Of a DNA stretch of 64,000 nucleotides, positions 23,504 to 33,451 are shown piece after piece. Position 1 is the first letter of the stretch; every line of letters starts with the position of its first letter. The translations under genes were made by a program, and so were the position numbers. This DNA comes from Myxococcota bacterium. Lineage in GTDB: Bacteria > Myxococcota_A > SURF-8. Under the pieces are notes generated by a model, which did not search any database, had not been told where the DNA came from, and worked only from the letters and a program-made list of their open reading frames with translations. The DNA lies in the NCBI GenBank assembly GCA_963674735.2, contig CAXXQS010000001.1, positions 2,432,001 through 2,496,000 of the forward strand. Reading direction: 5' to 3'.

Positions 23504-24562
23504 TCACCCCTCCAAAATTCGCCGATAAAGATCGACGACCTTCGGCCCCCAAACCTGCAGGGAATACTCGCGCTCGACTTTCTGGCGAGCAATGCGACCG
23601 ATATGTACACGCCGCTCCAAGTTATCGGCCAAACCGCGCAAAATGCGGAACCAGTCATCGGGCCCCTTGGCCAAGCAGCCGTTGGAACCGTGGTTGATGA
23701 TATCGGCATTGACGCCCACCGGCGACGCCACCGCCGTCCGCCCGGCCGCCATGTATTGCAACAGTTTGGCGGCGCATTTTCCGCGCGCCCATTCCGTATC
23801 CGGCAACGGCATCACCCCGATATCCAGGTCGGCGATGGCCTCGGCTTCCGCCTCTTCACTCCAGCGCACGTAACGGACCGGAACACCGGGCAAAATAGCC
23901 GAACGCGAGCTGATGATCCGGAATTCGATATTGGTACGCGCCGCCAGCCGAACCAGCGGTTCTCGAATTTCTTTCAAATATTTCATGGTGCTGGGGAGTC
24001 CCACCCACCCGATTCGAAGCGGACCGTCATGCCGGACGACGGGATGTATCGGATAGCGCGCTACATCGATCACCGTCGGTACAATGGAGACTTCCGGGTT
24101 GGCCAACCGAGCGAAATCGGCCAGAAAACGATTCCCGACAATGACATGTTCGGCTTTTGCCAGAACACGTAGGATTTTCTCCCGATGCAGCGGGGTCAGA
24201 TAAATGGCGTCGTCGAACTCCACCACCACTTTGCGCTTAAAGGTGAACAGCAACTCTTCCAGAAGCCCCTGCTCGTAAGGAAAGAGTTGATTTTCCACCA
24301 CAATCAAATCCGCTTCACGCGCTTCGGGCAACTGAACCAAGCGCCGAGCCAGACTGGTCGCACTGATCAAAGCTTTGGCGGTCTGCCGGATCGGCGAGCG
24401 CGCCCGCCCCCAACGATAGTACGATTCGGGAAACAACGGCCGCACCGTAACTTCAAAGCCCGCCTCTTCGAAATAGGGCAGGTATTGCAGGAAGCGATAA
24501 CGGCTGGCCGGATTGACCGCGACACCCTTGGTAAAAAACAGAATGCGGCCTGCTGCGCTCAT
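23504..24562 (-). CDS. Glycosyltransferase family 4
   Basis: ASRYRFLQY, EFDDAIY, IGWVG, DIGVMPL..WARGKCAAKLLQYMAAG..VASPVGVN; ATGA overlap with upstream gene. Confidence 0.88.
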   Translation of the reverse strand: MSAAGRILFFTKGVAVNPASRYRFLQYLPYFEEAGFEVTVRPLFPESYYRWGRARSPIRQTAKALISATSLARRLVQLPEAREADLIVVENQLFPYEQGLLEELLFTFKRKVVVEFDDAIYLTPLHREKILRVLAKAEHVIVGNRFLADFARLANPEVSIVPTVIDVARYPIHPVVRHDGPLRIGWVGLPSTMKYLKEIREPLVRLAARTNIEFRIISSRSAILPGVPVRYVRWSEEAEAEAIADLDIGVMPLPDTEWARGKCAAKLLQYMAAGRTAVASPVGVNADIINHGSNGCLAKGPDDWFRILRGLADNLERRVHIGRIARQKVEREYSLQVWGPKVVDLYRRILEG

Positions 24563-25761
24563 AATTCTTCGGCTTCTTCCGGTAGCTTGGCTCGTTTGGG
24601 GAAAAATTCCAGGTACGAATTGACCAAACGGCGGGAGAGCTTCTCGGCGTCGTACTGTTGGCGCAGGCGGCGCGCTTCCGACGAGGCGTGCTCGACGTTC
24701 ATCGATAACGACTGGGTCAGCGCCGCCTTTAATTCGGCCGAGCCGGATTGGTTGAACAGCACCGCACAGGCCGAATTGACCACCTCGGGAATCGAACCTA
24801 CCGCCGGGGCGACGATCGGCTTGCCGAAACTGAGCGCCAGCATCAGCGAACCGGAATTGAGGACATCCTTGTAAGGCATGACCGCGATGTCTGCCGCCTG
24901 CATGTAATATTGAACATCGTCGCTCGGCACATAGCGTAAATAGGCGTGCACGTTGTCGTATCGCTGGCACAAGCCTTCGATCGTCGCCGCATAATGCTTG
25001 TTGGAAGGACTGCCGGCCACAATCAAGGTGTGCTCGCGCAAGGGATGCTTGCCGAACAGGGGAATCAGATCGGTCAGGCCTTTATAGGGGTGAATCCCGC
25101 CGAAGCAAATGAATACACGCCCTTTGGGTTTGATGCCCAGATAGTCCAGCGCCTGGCGACGCGAAACCTGCTTGGGGTAGTAGTCGCCGAAATCGTGATG
25201 CGGAATGTGCAGCACCTTGCGATCGGGCATTTCGGGATAGCGTTTTTTCAACAATTCCCGTGTGGCCATGGACGGACAGATGATGCGGTCGGCCTGATGG
25301 AACATCCAGCGGCGCCCCACCCGTTCGAGCCACTCGGAGGTATAAGCTCCCTTCGGCTCGTTGTAGAGCGTCCAGAAAATCCGCATTCGCAGACGTTTGG
25401 CCAACCATAGCTTCGACATACGGCGGCTGAAATGCTGGAGTTGACGAAGAAGCTGAGGCGAGTTAAACGGGCTCTGATATTCGCGAATGTTGAAGACATG
25501 CAGAATGTCGTGAGAAAGCGCCTGGGTGAGCACTTCTTTCGATTCCAGTTCGTGCAGCATCGTAACACGACCGCCCAAACGTTCGATCAACTGCCGCGTC
25601 ACGACCAGATACGGATTCTGCTCGGCAGCCGGATACATCAGAACGCGAATGGTCGGACGCTCACGGCGCAACACCGCCAAACGTTCTCGAACCATACCGC
25701 CGAGCACCCGCTCGGCGAAGCCCTTTGAATTATCGGGCGTGCCGTTCGCACCTTCGGGCAT
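24559..25761 (-). CDS. Glycosyltransferase family 4
   Basis: FGGIHPYKG, AADIAVMPY..LNSGSLMLALSFGKPIVAPAVGSIPE. Confidence 0.88.
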   Translation of the reverse strand: MPEGANGTPDNSKGFAERVLGGMVRERLAVLRRERPTIRVLMYPAAEQNPYLVVTRQLIERLGGRVTMLHELESKEVLTQALSHDILHVFNIREYQSPFNSPQLLRQLQHFSRRMSKLWLAKRLRMRIFWTLYNEPKGAYTSEWLERVGRRWMFHQADRIICPSMATRELLKKRYPEMPDRKVLHIPHHDFGDYYPKQVSRRQALDYLGIKPKGRVFICFGGIHPYKGLTDLIPLFGKHPLREHTLIVAGSPSNKHYAATIEGLCQRYDNVHAYLRYVPSDDVQYYMQAADIAVMPYKDVLNSGSLMLALSFGKPIVAPAVGSIPEVVNSACAVLFNQSGSAELKAALTQSLSMNVEHASSEARRLRQQYDAEKLSRRLVNSYLEFFPKRAKLPEEAEEL

Positions 25762-25795
25762 GATGTCCCCTCCCCTGTTCGATCAAAACCGCCGT

Positions 25796-27790
25796 CTACA
25801 GATCACGCAGCGCCAGATAACCTTTTCGGATCGCGGTGGCCGCATCTTTGACCTCGGTCACATCGCCGACCTTCACCGTCTCCGAAACCAGATCGGAAAC
25901 CGGCCCCAGGTTGTCGTCCGGCTGCATCCCGGCGGCCAGCAGGACCGAATCGGCCGGAATCACCTGAACCCGACCATCTTGCGACTGCACGTGCACGCCC
26001 TCATCGTCGATTTTGACGGCCTTCGACTGGGGCAGCAAAGCAACGCCGCTTTCGTTAAGCTCTTTGAGCGCCACCCACTTGGTGCTCTTCCCGATGCCAC
26101 CGCCGATTTTGGGCAGCAACTCGACAATGGTAACCGTTTTATTGCCATGCCACAAGAGGTCGCGAATTACTTCCGGCTTTTCGGCGTCGTGCCGCAGCAG
26201 GAAGGCCGCCGCCTCGGGGGCCAACGTCCCGATATGAGCGCAATACAAAGCGGATTCTACGCCGATGGGCCCGCCGCCGATGACGACCACTCGCTCACCG
26301 ACTTCCGCTTGGCCGACCAAAACCTTCATCGCATCGACCACCTTGGGATGATCGATCCCCTCGATGGGAGGCGCGAGGGGCTTGCCGCCGGTCGCGACCA
26401 CTACCAGATCGGGCTTGCGCCGCGCGATCTCGTCCGCATCGCCCGTCACGTCGCATTCGATGGAAGCCCCGGCCATACGCGCCCGTTTTTCCAACATCGG
26501 AATAAGCTGTTTCCATTCTTCTTTGCCGGGAGCAGCGGCGGCGGCGGGGATCTGCCCTCCGAGTTGCGCCTGTCGCTCGATAAGGGTCACGGCATGTCCC
26601 CGACGGGCGGCCGTAGCGGCGGCGGACAAACCCGCCGGTCCTCCTCCGATCACCAGAACGGACTTCTTCTGCTCGGCAAGTGTAAGCGGTTGTTCTTCCT
26701 CACCCGCTTCCGGATTCACCAGACAACTGACCGGCTTGAGTTGGAAAACATTATCCAGGCACTCCTGATTGCAGGAGATGCAATGCAAGATTTCATCCGC
26801 CCGGCCTTCGCGCGCCTTGTTCGGCCATTCGGGATCGGCAATCAGGCCGCGCCCGACGCTGATCATGTCGCACCAGCCTTCTTGAAGCAGTTTCTCGGCC
26901 AGATCCGGTGTCGTGATGCGATTGGAGGCGGCCACGGGAACATCGACGAGTTTTTTGACGTTGCGGCCCAAGTAGGCATATCCCGCGCGCGGCAGGTTGG
27001 CGGTGATTTGCGGAATCCGCGACTCATGCCAGCCGCCGGTGACGTTGAACATCCCCACACCCGATTCCTCGGCCACGACCTTGGCGAACTGGGCATTTTC
27101 CACGTTGGTGTTCGACCCCGGTACGAAGTCGTTCCCCGACAAACGGGCCGAAACCGGATAATCCGCTCCCACGGCGGCACGCACGGCTTTGAAGGTTTCG
27201 CGTCCGAAACGCATGCGGTTTTCCAGCGACCCGCCATAGTCGTCGCTGCGCTGGTTGGTTACCGGCGACAAAAACTGGTTAATGAGATAGCCGGCGGAGG
27301 AAATCACTTCCACCACGTCGAAACCGGCCTGTTTTACGCGTAGGGCGGCCGCCGCGAATTCTTCGATGGTTTCATCGATTTCCGCTTTGCTCATCTCGCG
27401 CGACATTTCGTGCGTCAACGGAGAGAGGGTCGCCGAAGCCGACGGGGCTTCTTTACCGCCCAGGAAGAAACTGTAGGTGTAGCGCCCGGCATGATAAAGC
27501 TGGCAGCCGCACAATCCACCCTCTTCGTGAATCATATCGGAAAACTCTTTGAGTCCGGGAATGAATTTATCGTGATTGATCCCGATCATGAACTCGGAGC
27601 CCGCTTCCGCCTCGGTCGGACATCCCCCGATTTGAATCAGCCCGCAGCCACCCCGCGCGCGCAACCGGTAAAACTCGATGAAGCGTTTGTTCATGAATCC
27701 ATCGGGCGTATAATTCATATGCATGGCGGGCATGACAAGACGATTGGGAACGGTGAGTGAACCGATTTTAACAGGCGTAAAAAGCAGCAT
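25796..27790 (-). CDS. fadH: NADPH-dependent 2,4-dienoyl-CoA reductase-like flavoprotein (Old Yellow Enzyme barrel + 4Fe-4S + FAD domain)
   Basis: NRLVMPAMH, GYLINQFLSP.TNQRSDDYGGSLENRMRF, GGWHESRIP, CISCNQECLD..CLVNP cluster motif, GGGPAG; AGGAGG RBS before ATG 27790. Confidence 0.8.
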   Translation of the reverse strand: MLLFTPVKIGSLTVPNRLVMPAMHMNYTPDGFMNKRFIEFYRLRARGGCGLIQIGGCPTEAEAGSEFMIGINHDKFIPGLKEFSDMIHEEGGLCGCQLYHAGRYTYSFFLGGKEAPSASATLSPLTHEMSREMSKAEIDETIEEFAAAALRVKQAGFDVVEVISSAGYLINQFLSPVTNQRSDDYGGSLENRMRFGRETFKAVRAAVGADYPVSARLSGNDFVPGSNTNVENAQFAKVVAEESGVGMFNVTGGWHESRIPQITANLPRAGYAYLGRNVKKLVDVPVAASNRITTPDLAEKLLQEGWCDMISVGRGLIADPEWPNKAREGRADEILHCISCNQECLDNVFQLKPVSCLVNPEAGEEEQPLTLAEQKKSVLVIGGGPAGLSAAATAARRGHAVTLIERQAQLGGQIPAAAAAPGKEEWKQLIPMLEKRARMAGASIECDVTGDADEIARRKPDLVVVATGGKPLAPPIEGIDHPKVVDAMKVLVGQAEVGERVVVIGGGPIGVESALYCAHIGTLAPEAAAFLLRHDAEKPEVIRDLLWHGNKTVTIVELLPKIGGGIGKSTKWVALKELNESGVALLPQSKAVKIDDEGVHVQSQDGRVQVIPADSVLLAAGMQPDDNLGPVSDLVSETVKVGDVTEVKDAATAIRKGYLALRDL

Positions 27791-27833
27791 GGATTGATAT
27801 CCTCCTGAAACCATAAGTGACGACTAGGAAAGC

Positions 27834-27862
27834 AGATTAGCACAGCGGCGAAGGGAAGTAAA
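27834..27862 (-). promoter_or_regulatory. Putative sigma70 promoter of fadH
   Basis: Minus strand TTTACT-N17-TAATCT with TG extension. Confidence 0.5.
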
Positions 27863-27980
27863 GCACGTGACACGGGTCGAAAGCCGGTTGACAAACCCTG
27901 CCTGATTTTGTTAGAAATTAGAAGGTTTCATTTCGAAGAAACAATAATAACAGGCACTTAGCTAACCCAAAGGGATTTTC

Positions 27981-29693
27981 ATGCGTTGCATTGCTCATCC
28001 GCTCATTCTCATGCTGTCACTGTTCGCGCTTTTCACCTGTCTTTTCATCGGTTGCGGTGGAGAGGAAAACACGGATTCATTGGACACCGATGGTGACCAG
28101 GAAGAAAGCAGGCCCGACGGCGATAGCGATGACATCGACAGTGATGGCGATAGTGACGACGACGGCGAAGCCGTTGAAATCGAAGAAAGCAAACCGGACG
28201 GGTTACCCGAAGAATTGCCCATCAGCTTTACACGCGAGAATCCCGGCGCTGATATTCCCGCTGAAGAAGTGACCGCTTTCACCAAAAAGCTTCTGGGTTT
28301 CATGGCCAAGGTAGGATACCACGATTACCTGCTTCGCTCTACCCATGGCGTCCACGAAAGCACGGGTCTGCCGCCTTGGCGGCTGTGGTGGACAAGCAAC
28401 CATATCGAAAAAAGCGGCGACACGGTGTCATTCGTCTGCGACGAAACGACCGGTCCCGACTTTGCCGATGGCGGCCACAACCTGATGACCCGTTCGGCCA
28501 AGGTTCTGGCAAGCGCCATTTCGGGCTATCTGTACACGGGCGACGAACGCATGCGCCAGCTTACCGAGGGACTTTGCCGGGGAGTTACCGCCACCATGCG
28601 TGGCATGGTCTACGATGAAAACGACTCCATCGACCACCTCATGGCTCGTAACATCATTCCGCTGGATCACGATTACACCACCCACGACGGGCGGAAAAAG
28701 CAGGTTGATTACAGCAACTGGCGACGAGATGGCGATAATTGGAACTGCAAACGCTTCAACTACCCGAACAATCCCACTTGGGGTGATGTATGGATCACCA
28801 GCACGCGCAGCAAAGACGACGTCTCACGCGTGATGCGGGCCAATGTGTACATCCGATACGCCGCCGCTTACGCCGAAGACGCGAACGTGCGGGAAGCCTG
28901 TACCGAAACGGCCGACTATCTGCAACGTTTTGCGCAAGACATCGTCGACTCCGAGTATCATATCCGAACCAAAGACGCAGAAGGCACCGCCTACATCCCT
29001 CAGGGCGATCTGGCCAATTACATCACGTGGGAAGCGATGTGGCCGAACGCCGAGTGCAACGCGAAAAGCGCGGCCGCCCTCGTAGCCTATGGCAATCAGC
29101 AGGGCAACGACTGCGGAAAAGGCGGCGTGAACGACTTTGAGGTCGCCGCGATGAACAACAAGTACTTCAACTGCATGATTATCCGAAACTATCACCTCAG
29201 CCATCTGGCCCAAAGTCTCGCCGCCTGGGAGCTGGACGAGGCGATGCTTCTCTTGCAGGGACTGGTGGAACGCTACGAGCGCGCGCTGGATCTGCCCGAT
29301 GACGACCTGCCTACCGACCGCGATAGCTGGGAACGCGATATCGCCACCAGCATGCTGCAGGCTGCCGCGCTGGGATATCCGCTGACCGAAAGGGAAGCGC
29401 GCCACATAATGACCTATCTCGAACGCAGCATCGACATGGATCTACAGTGGCCGAACTGGGATTTCTGGGACGCCTCCGTCGCCGACGGCACCTACAACCC
29501 ACGCACTCCCGACCAGGGATCGGACGATGAAGGACAATACCTGCACTGGTTCCGCCCCGAAGACCTGGGTGAATTCCTCGATTACTGCTGGTCGCCGCTG
29601 AAAAACCCGGAGGGCATCGGTTTCATCGATTGCAGCCTAGTCAAAGATCCCAATGGCTGGGATCCGGCATGGGTCGAGGAAACCGAGCGGTAA
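27981..29693 (+). CDS. Hypothetical lipoprotein (570 aa) with acidic DGD linker and large uncharacterised domain
   Basis: Lipobox FIGC; DGDQEE/DGDSDD repeats; long ORF with genome-typical codon usage. Confidence 0.75.
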   Translation: MRCIAHPLILMLSLFALFTCLFIGCGGEENTDSLDTDGDQEESRPDGDSDDIDSDGDSDDDGEAVEIEESKPDGLPEELPISFTRENPGADIPAEEVTAFTKKLLGFMAKVGYHDYLLRSTHGVHESTGLPPWRLWWTSNHIEKSGDTVSFVCDETTGPDFADGGHNLMTRSAKVLASAISGYLYTGDERMRQLTEGLCRGVTATMRGMVYDENDSIDHLMARNIIPLDHDYTTHDGRKKQVDYSNWRRDGDNWNCKRFNYPNNPTWGDVWITSTRSKDDVSRVMRANVYIRYAAAYAEDANVREACTETADYLQRFAQDIVDSEYHIRTKDAEGTAYIPQGDLANYITWEAMWPNAECNAKSAAALVAYGNQQGNDCGKGGVNDFEVAAMNNKYFNCMIIRNYHLSHLAQSLAAWELDEAMLLLQGLVERYERALDLPDDDLPTDRDSWERDIATSMLQAAALGYPLTEREARHIMTYLERSIDMDLQWPNWDFWDASVADGTYNPRTPDQGSDDEGQYLHWFRPEDLGEFLDYCWSPLKNPEGIGFIDCSLVKDPNGWDPAWVEETER

Positions 29694-29782
29694 ACCCCGC
29701 CGTTACATTCGAAAACAACTCTTCGGCCAGCTCCCGCTCGACGCCAAATGCGTGGATGTCGCCGTTTTACGGACAGGCGTGA

Positions 29783-29903
29783 TTAGGTGATAACGGTCAA
29801 CGGACCGATGATGACAGGCGAAAAAAACAGCATCGTCAGGTAACCTCCTGATAATCGATCCAATGATTGATTTCGCAGATTAACACCCCCAAACGAAGTA
29901 AAG
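29783..29903 (-). pseudogene. Decayed duplicate of fadH promoter, RBS and first ~14 codons
   Basis: Translates MLFFSPVIIGPLTVIT* vs FadH MLLFTPVKIGSLTVPN (10/14 identical); same TCAGGAGG-N10-ATG; same TTTACT and TAATCT boxes but 14-nt spacer. Confidence 0.7.
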
Positions 29904-30042
29904 TAGGCTGCAATATTCTTCTGCTCACGGTTGGACGTCAGAACTCACGCGCCCTTTTACCCTATCCAAATACGTTGACGTTTCGATGAAACATGGAATG
30001 ATTACACATGACAAGCCTCTCTTTGTACCACGGAGGTGACAG

Positions 30043-31125
30043 ATGGCGGCTTATCCTTTTCTCACCATTTATCTGGTTCCCGTCGCGGTTTTGATCGGTT
30101 ACCGGTTTGGCGGCGCTTTTCATTACCTGGTACCGGGAATCGTCTTCGGTCTCGTGCCTCTAATCGACTGGATAACGGGTCCGAACCATCGTAATCCCAG
30201 TCCCGAAATGGAAGCATCCCTCTTGGAAACCAAATCATTTCGATTTATTACGTGGATGGCGGTGCCTGTTCAGCTTACCCTGATGTTATGGGGCGCAGCC
30301 GTGGTCGCATCGGGTCGCCTCACTATAGCCGAGGCCGTCGGCCTGACGCTGTCCATCGGAATCAGCGGCGGCGTTATCGGGATCAATGTCAGCCATGAAC
30401 TCATTCATCGAAAAGGACGCTGGGAACCGTTTTTGGGTCGAGCGCTGCTGCTGGGAGTGATGTATTTGCATTGGTCGCTGGAACATGTCTTCGGACACCA
30501 CCGCTGGGTCGGGACTCCTCGCGATCCAGCCACCGCCCGTTACGGTGAATCGCTCTACCGCTTTTTGCCGCGCAGCATTTTCGGCGGATTCGCCAGCGCC
30601 TGGGTCATCGAAGCCGGACGGCTCGAACGACGCCGGGAGGCGCTTTGGGGATCGCACAACCGCCTGTTGCGCTATTTGGCGGCAACCACCATGTTTCTTG
30701 CCTCTATGGGGTTGCTTTGGGGTCCGATCGGCGTCCTCTACTTTGTGTCGCAGAGCGCTACGGCTATTATTTTGCTGGAGATCGTCAATTACATAGAGCA
30801 CTACGGCATCCGACGGCGTAAAATTTCACCCAACCGTTACGAACCCGTGCAAGCGGTTCACTCCTGGAATTCCGCCGAGCGCCTCACAAACTGGCTGTTA
30901 TTCAATCTGCAGCGCCATTCCGATCACCACGCCCGACCACAACGCCGCTACCAAGTGCTGCTCCATCTGGATGAAGCTCCGCAGCTTCCCACCGGTTATG
31001 CCGGCATGCTACTTCTGGCTCTGATACCCCCTCTATGGTTCAAAGTCATGGATGCGCGTCTTCCAGCCGAAATGATCCGGCTATCCGAAAACGAAAAACT
31101 CAATTCCTCGTCACTGGCAGCCTGA
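30043..31125 (+). CDS. alkB: Alkane 1-monooxygenase (non-heme diiron membrane hydroxylase)
   Basis: His boxes HELIH, EHVFGHH, NYIEHYG (HYG motif), LQRHSDHHA; PQLPTGY; GGAGG RBS. Confidence 0.92.
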   Translation: MAAYPFLTIYLVPVAVLIGYRFGGAFHYLVPGIVFGLVPLIDWITGPNHRNPSPEMEASLLETKSFRFITWMAVPVQLTLMLWGAAVVASGRLTIAEAVGLTLSIGISGGVIGINVSHELIHRKGRWEPFLGRALLLGVMYLHWSLEHVFGHHRWVGTPRDPATARYGESLYRFLPRSIFGGFASAWVIEAGRLERRREALWGSHNRLLRYLAATTMFLASMGLLWGPIGVLYFVSQSATAIILLEIVNYIEHYGIRRRKISPNRYEPVQAVHSWNSAERLTNWLLFNLQRHSDHHARPQRRYQVLLHLDEAPQLPTGYAGMLLLALIPPLWFKVMDARLPAEMIRLSENEKLNSSSLAA

Positions 31126-31289
31126 GTCCGTAATGGGCGCGGGTGCCTCGTTGAAACCCGGCAACTCGACAAATTTTTTACTTGCATTCGTAAACATAAT
31201 GACTAGAATTATTCACCTGCATTCGCTGAAGAAACAGTTTCATCTATCGTCCAAAGGGTGACCAACGGCGTATTCGAGGAGATCATTGC

Positions 31290-31664
31290 ATGGCTTTCAA
31301 AAAGAAAGAACTCCAGCATTACCGGGAACTGCTCCTCAAAAAGCGTGAAGAAATGCTTAGCAGCATCAAAGAACGCAAGCACCGCTCCTTCAAGAACCAG
31401 GAGCAGTTCGTGGAAGAAATCGACCAGGCGGCGCAAGCCTCCGATCAAGCTCTGCATTTGCGTTTATTGGACAAAGACCTGAAACTCCTGCGCGAAATCG
31501 ACCTCGCCTTGGTCCGTTTGGACGAAGGGGAATACGGAATCTGTGCCGGAACAGGCGAAGAAATCGAACGCAAACGCCTGGAACTGCGACCCTGGACCCG
31601 CTACTCGCTGGAGCACAAGGAAGAAATGGAACGCCGCAAAAAACAGCAGAAAATGCTGGGTTAG
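31290..31664 (+). CDS. dksA: DksA/TraR-family transcription factor, zinc-free type
   Basis: EEIDQA coiled-coil tip; LREIDLALVRLDEGEYGICAGTGEEIERKRLELRPWTRYS; GAGGAG RBS. Confidence 0.8.
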   Translation: MAFKKKELQHYRELLLKKREEMLSSIKERKHRSFKNQEQFVEEIDQAAQASDQALHLRLLDKDLKLLREIDLALVRLDEGEYGICAGTGEEIERKRLELRPWTRYSLEHKEEMERRKKQQKMLG

Positions 31665-31912
31665 CTCCACGCGGCACTCGATTCGGTTTTTCCGCCGGAA
31701 GCGGACAGGCCATAGATTCAATTCAAATTTCGTAAGGTGGGGGTTTGCGATTATCACGCCGGAAAAGCGTGGCTCGTGCTTTTTCTTTACATTCCCACCC
31801 AATGGTGTTTGAATACGCACGGGATGCTGATTAATGGAATAATTCCAGTGGGGTATTCGTCGTACAAAAGGATTTCACACTATCCTCACCGACACTGATT
31901 AAGGAGAGAACC

Positions 31913-33373
31913 ATGAAATTTGCCCAATTGACCGATTTTCCGATTGTCTTGAAAGGTATTGTCGATATTTCCCCCGCCGGTGCCAAGGTGCTCGACGCTA
32001 ACGCGCTGCGCAACGAGATCATCGACGAACTCGTGCTGGCGGCGGTCTTCGCTCAGGATGAGGAAGTGCGCGATACCGCCCGCTGGCTGATATGGGAGAC
32101 TGGCCATCAACTCGGCGCCACCATTGCCTCCATCCACGATCTTTACATGGCTCGTGGCCAGGAAAAATACAAAGATCTGTGCGTCCCGGCCGTCAACCTG
32201 CGCGCCATGACTTACGACAAGGCCCGCGCCATGTTCCGCGCCGCCAACGGGATCAACTCGGGAGCCTTTATCTTTGAAATCGCCAAAAGCGAAATCGGCT
32301 ATACCATGCAGCGTCCGGCCGAATATACCGCCGCCGTTTTGGCCGCCGCCATCAAGGAAGGCTACGAAGGCCCGGTGTTCATTCAGGGCGATCACTTCCA
32401 GGTCAACGCCAAGAATTACAAACAAGATCCGGCCAAGGAACTCAATGCCGTCAAAGAATTGATCGAAGAAGCCGTCCCGGCCGGTTTCTACAACATCGAC
32501 ATCGACACCTCCACCCTGGTGGATCTCGACGAACCGACCGTCCCCGAACAGCAACGGCTGAACTATGAACTGGCCGCCGAATTGACGGCCTATATCCGCA
32601 ATCTGGAACCGAAAGGCATCACCGTCTCGGTCGGTGGCGAAATCGGCGAGGTGGGCGGCAAGAACTCCAACATCGAAGAGATGGAAGCCTACATGGATGG
32701 CTACACCCAATCTCTGGCTAAGCAAGCCCCCGGCAAGCCGGGCCTGAGCAAAATCTCGGTGCAAACCGGGACCAGCCACGGCGGCGTGGTCCTGCCCGAC
32801 GGCAGCATCGCCAAAGTGGCCCTCGATTTCAGTGTGCTCGACAGCCTCGGCAAAGTGGCCCGTGCCAAATACGGCATGTCGGGTTGCGTGCAGCACGGCG
32901 CGTCCACTCTGCCCGACGAAGCCTTCCACAACTTCACCAGTTCGCAGGCTTCCGAAGTTCACCTGGCCACCGGTTTCCAGAACCTGCTTTACGATCACGC
33001 ATCCTTCCCGGCCGATCTGCGCGAACGCGTTTACGGCTGGCTGGCCATCAATTGCGCCAAGGAGCGCAAGCCCGGTAAAACCGACGAGCAGTTCTTCTAC
33101 AGCACCCGGAAGAAGGGCTTCGGTCCCTACAAATGGGAAACCTGGACGCTGCCGGAGTCGATCAAAGCCCCGATTCTGAAAGATCTGGAAGCGAAATTCA
33201 GCTTCCTGTTCAATCAACTGGGTCTCAAGGATCGCCGAGACGTGACGCGCGAATTCGTCAAAGCCCCCTTCATCGCCAAGGCTATGCCCAAGGCTCTGAA
33301 CACGCTTTTGACCGATCCGAACCGCTATGGTGCGGCACGCGGACCGGAAGAAGACGCCCCCGGCGCCGACTAA
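31913..33373 (+). CDS. Class II fructose-bisphosphate aldolase family protein (long form)
   Basis: VFIQGDH, NIDIDTS, GGEIGEVGG, TGTSHGG, VQHGAS; AAGGAG RBS. Confidence 0.85.
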   Translation: MKFAQLTDFPIVLKGIVDISPAGAKVLDANALRNEIIDELVLAAVFAQDEEVRDTARWLIWETGHQLGATIASIHDLYMARGQEKYKDLCVPAVNLRAMTYDKARAMFRAANGINSGAFIFEIAKSEIGYTMQRPAEYTAAVLAAAIKEGYEGPVFIQGDHFQVNAKNYKQDPAKELNAVKELIEEAVPAGFYNIDIDTSTLVDLDEPTVPEQQRLNYELAAELTAYIRNLEPKGITVSVGGEIGEVGGKNSNIEEMEAYMDGYTQSLAKQAPGKPGLSKISVQTGTSHGGVVLPDGSIAKVALDFSVLDSLGKVARAKYGMSGCVQHGASTLPDEAFHNFTSSQASEVHLATGFQNLLYDHASFPADLRERVYGWLAINCAKERKPGKTDEQFFYSTRKKGFGPYKWETWTLPESIKAPILKDLEAKFSFLFNQLGLKDRRDVTREFVKAPFIAKAMPKALNTLLTDPNRYGAARGPEEDAPGAD

Positions 33374-33400
33374 GCCGCAAGGCGACAATCCTGACAGACG

Positions 33401-33434
33401 AACGGTCCTCCTTTTGGGGGGGCCGTTTTTATTT
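33401..33434 (+). terminator. Rho-independent terminator (may be bidirectional)
   Basis: AACGGTCCTCC-tttt-GGGGGGGCCGTT plus T-run. Confidence 0.7.
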
Positions 33435-33451
33435 TCAATACTTTTTTACGC

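Noticed and set aside
25526-27343. 605-aa plus-strand ORF
   Set aside because: Antisense shadow of fadH caused by GC-rich codon bias; no motifs or RBS
29980-29993. parS site upstream of alkB
   Set aside because: GTTTCGATGAAAC has the wrong central spacing and sequence for parS; kept only as a possible operator
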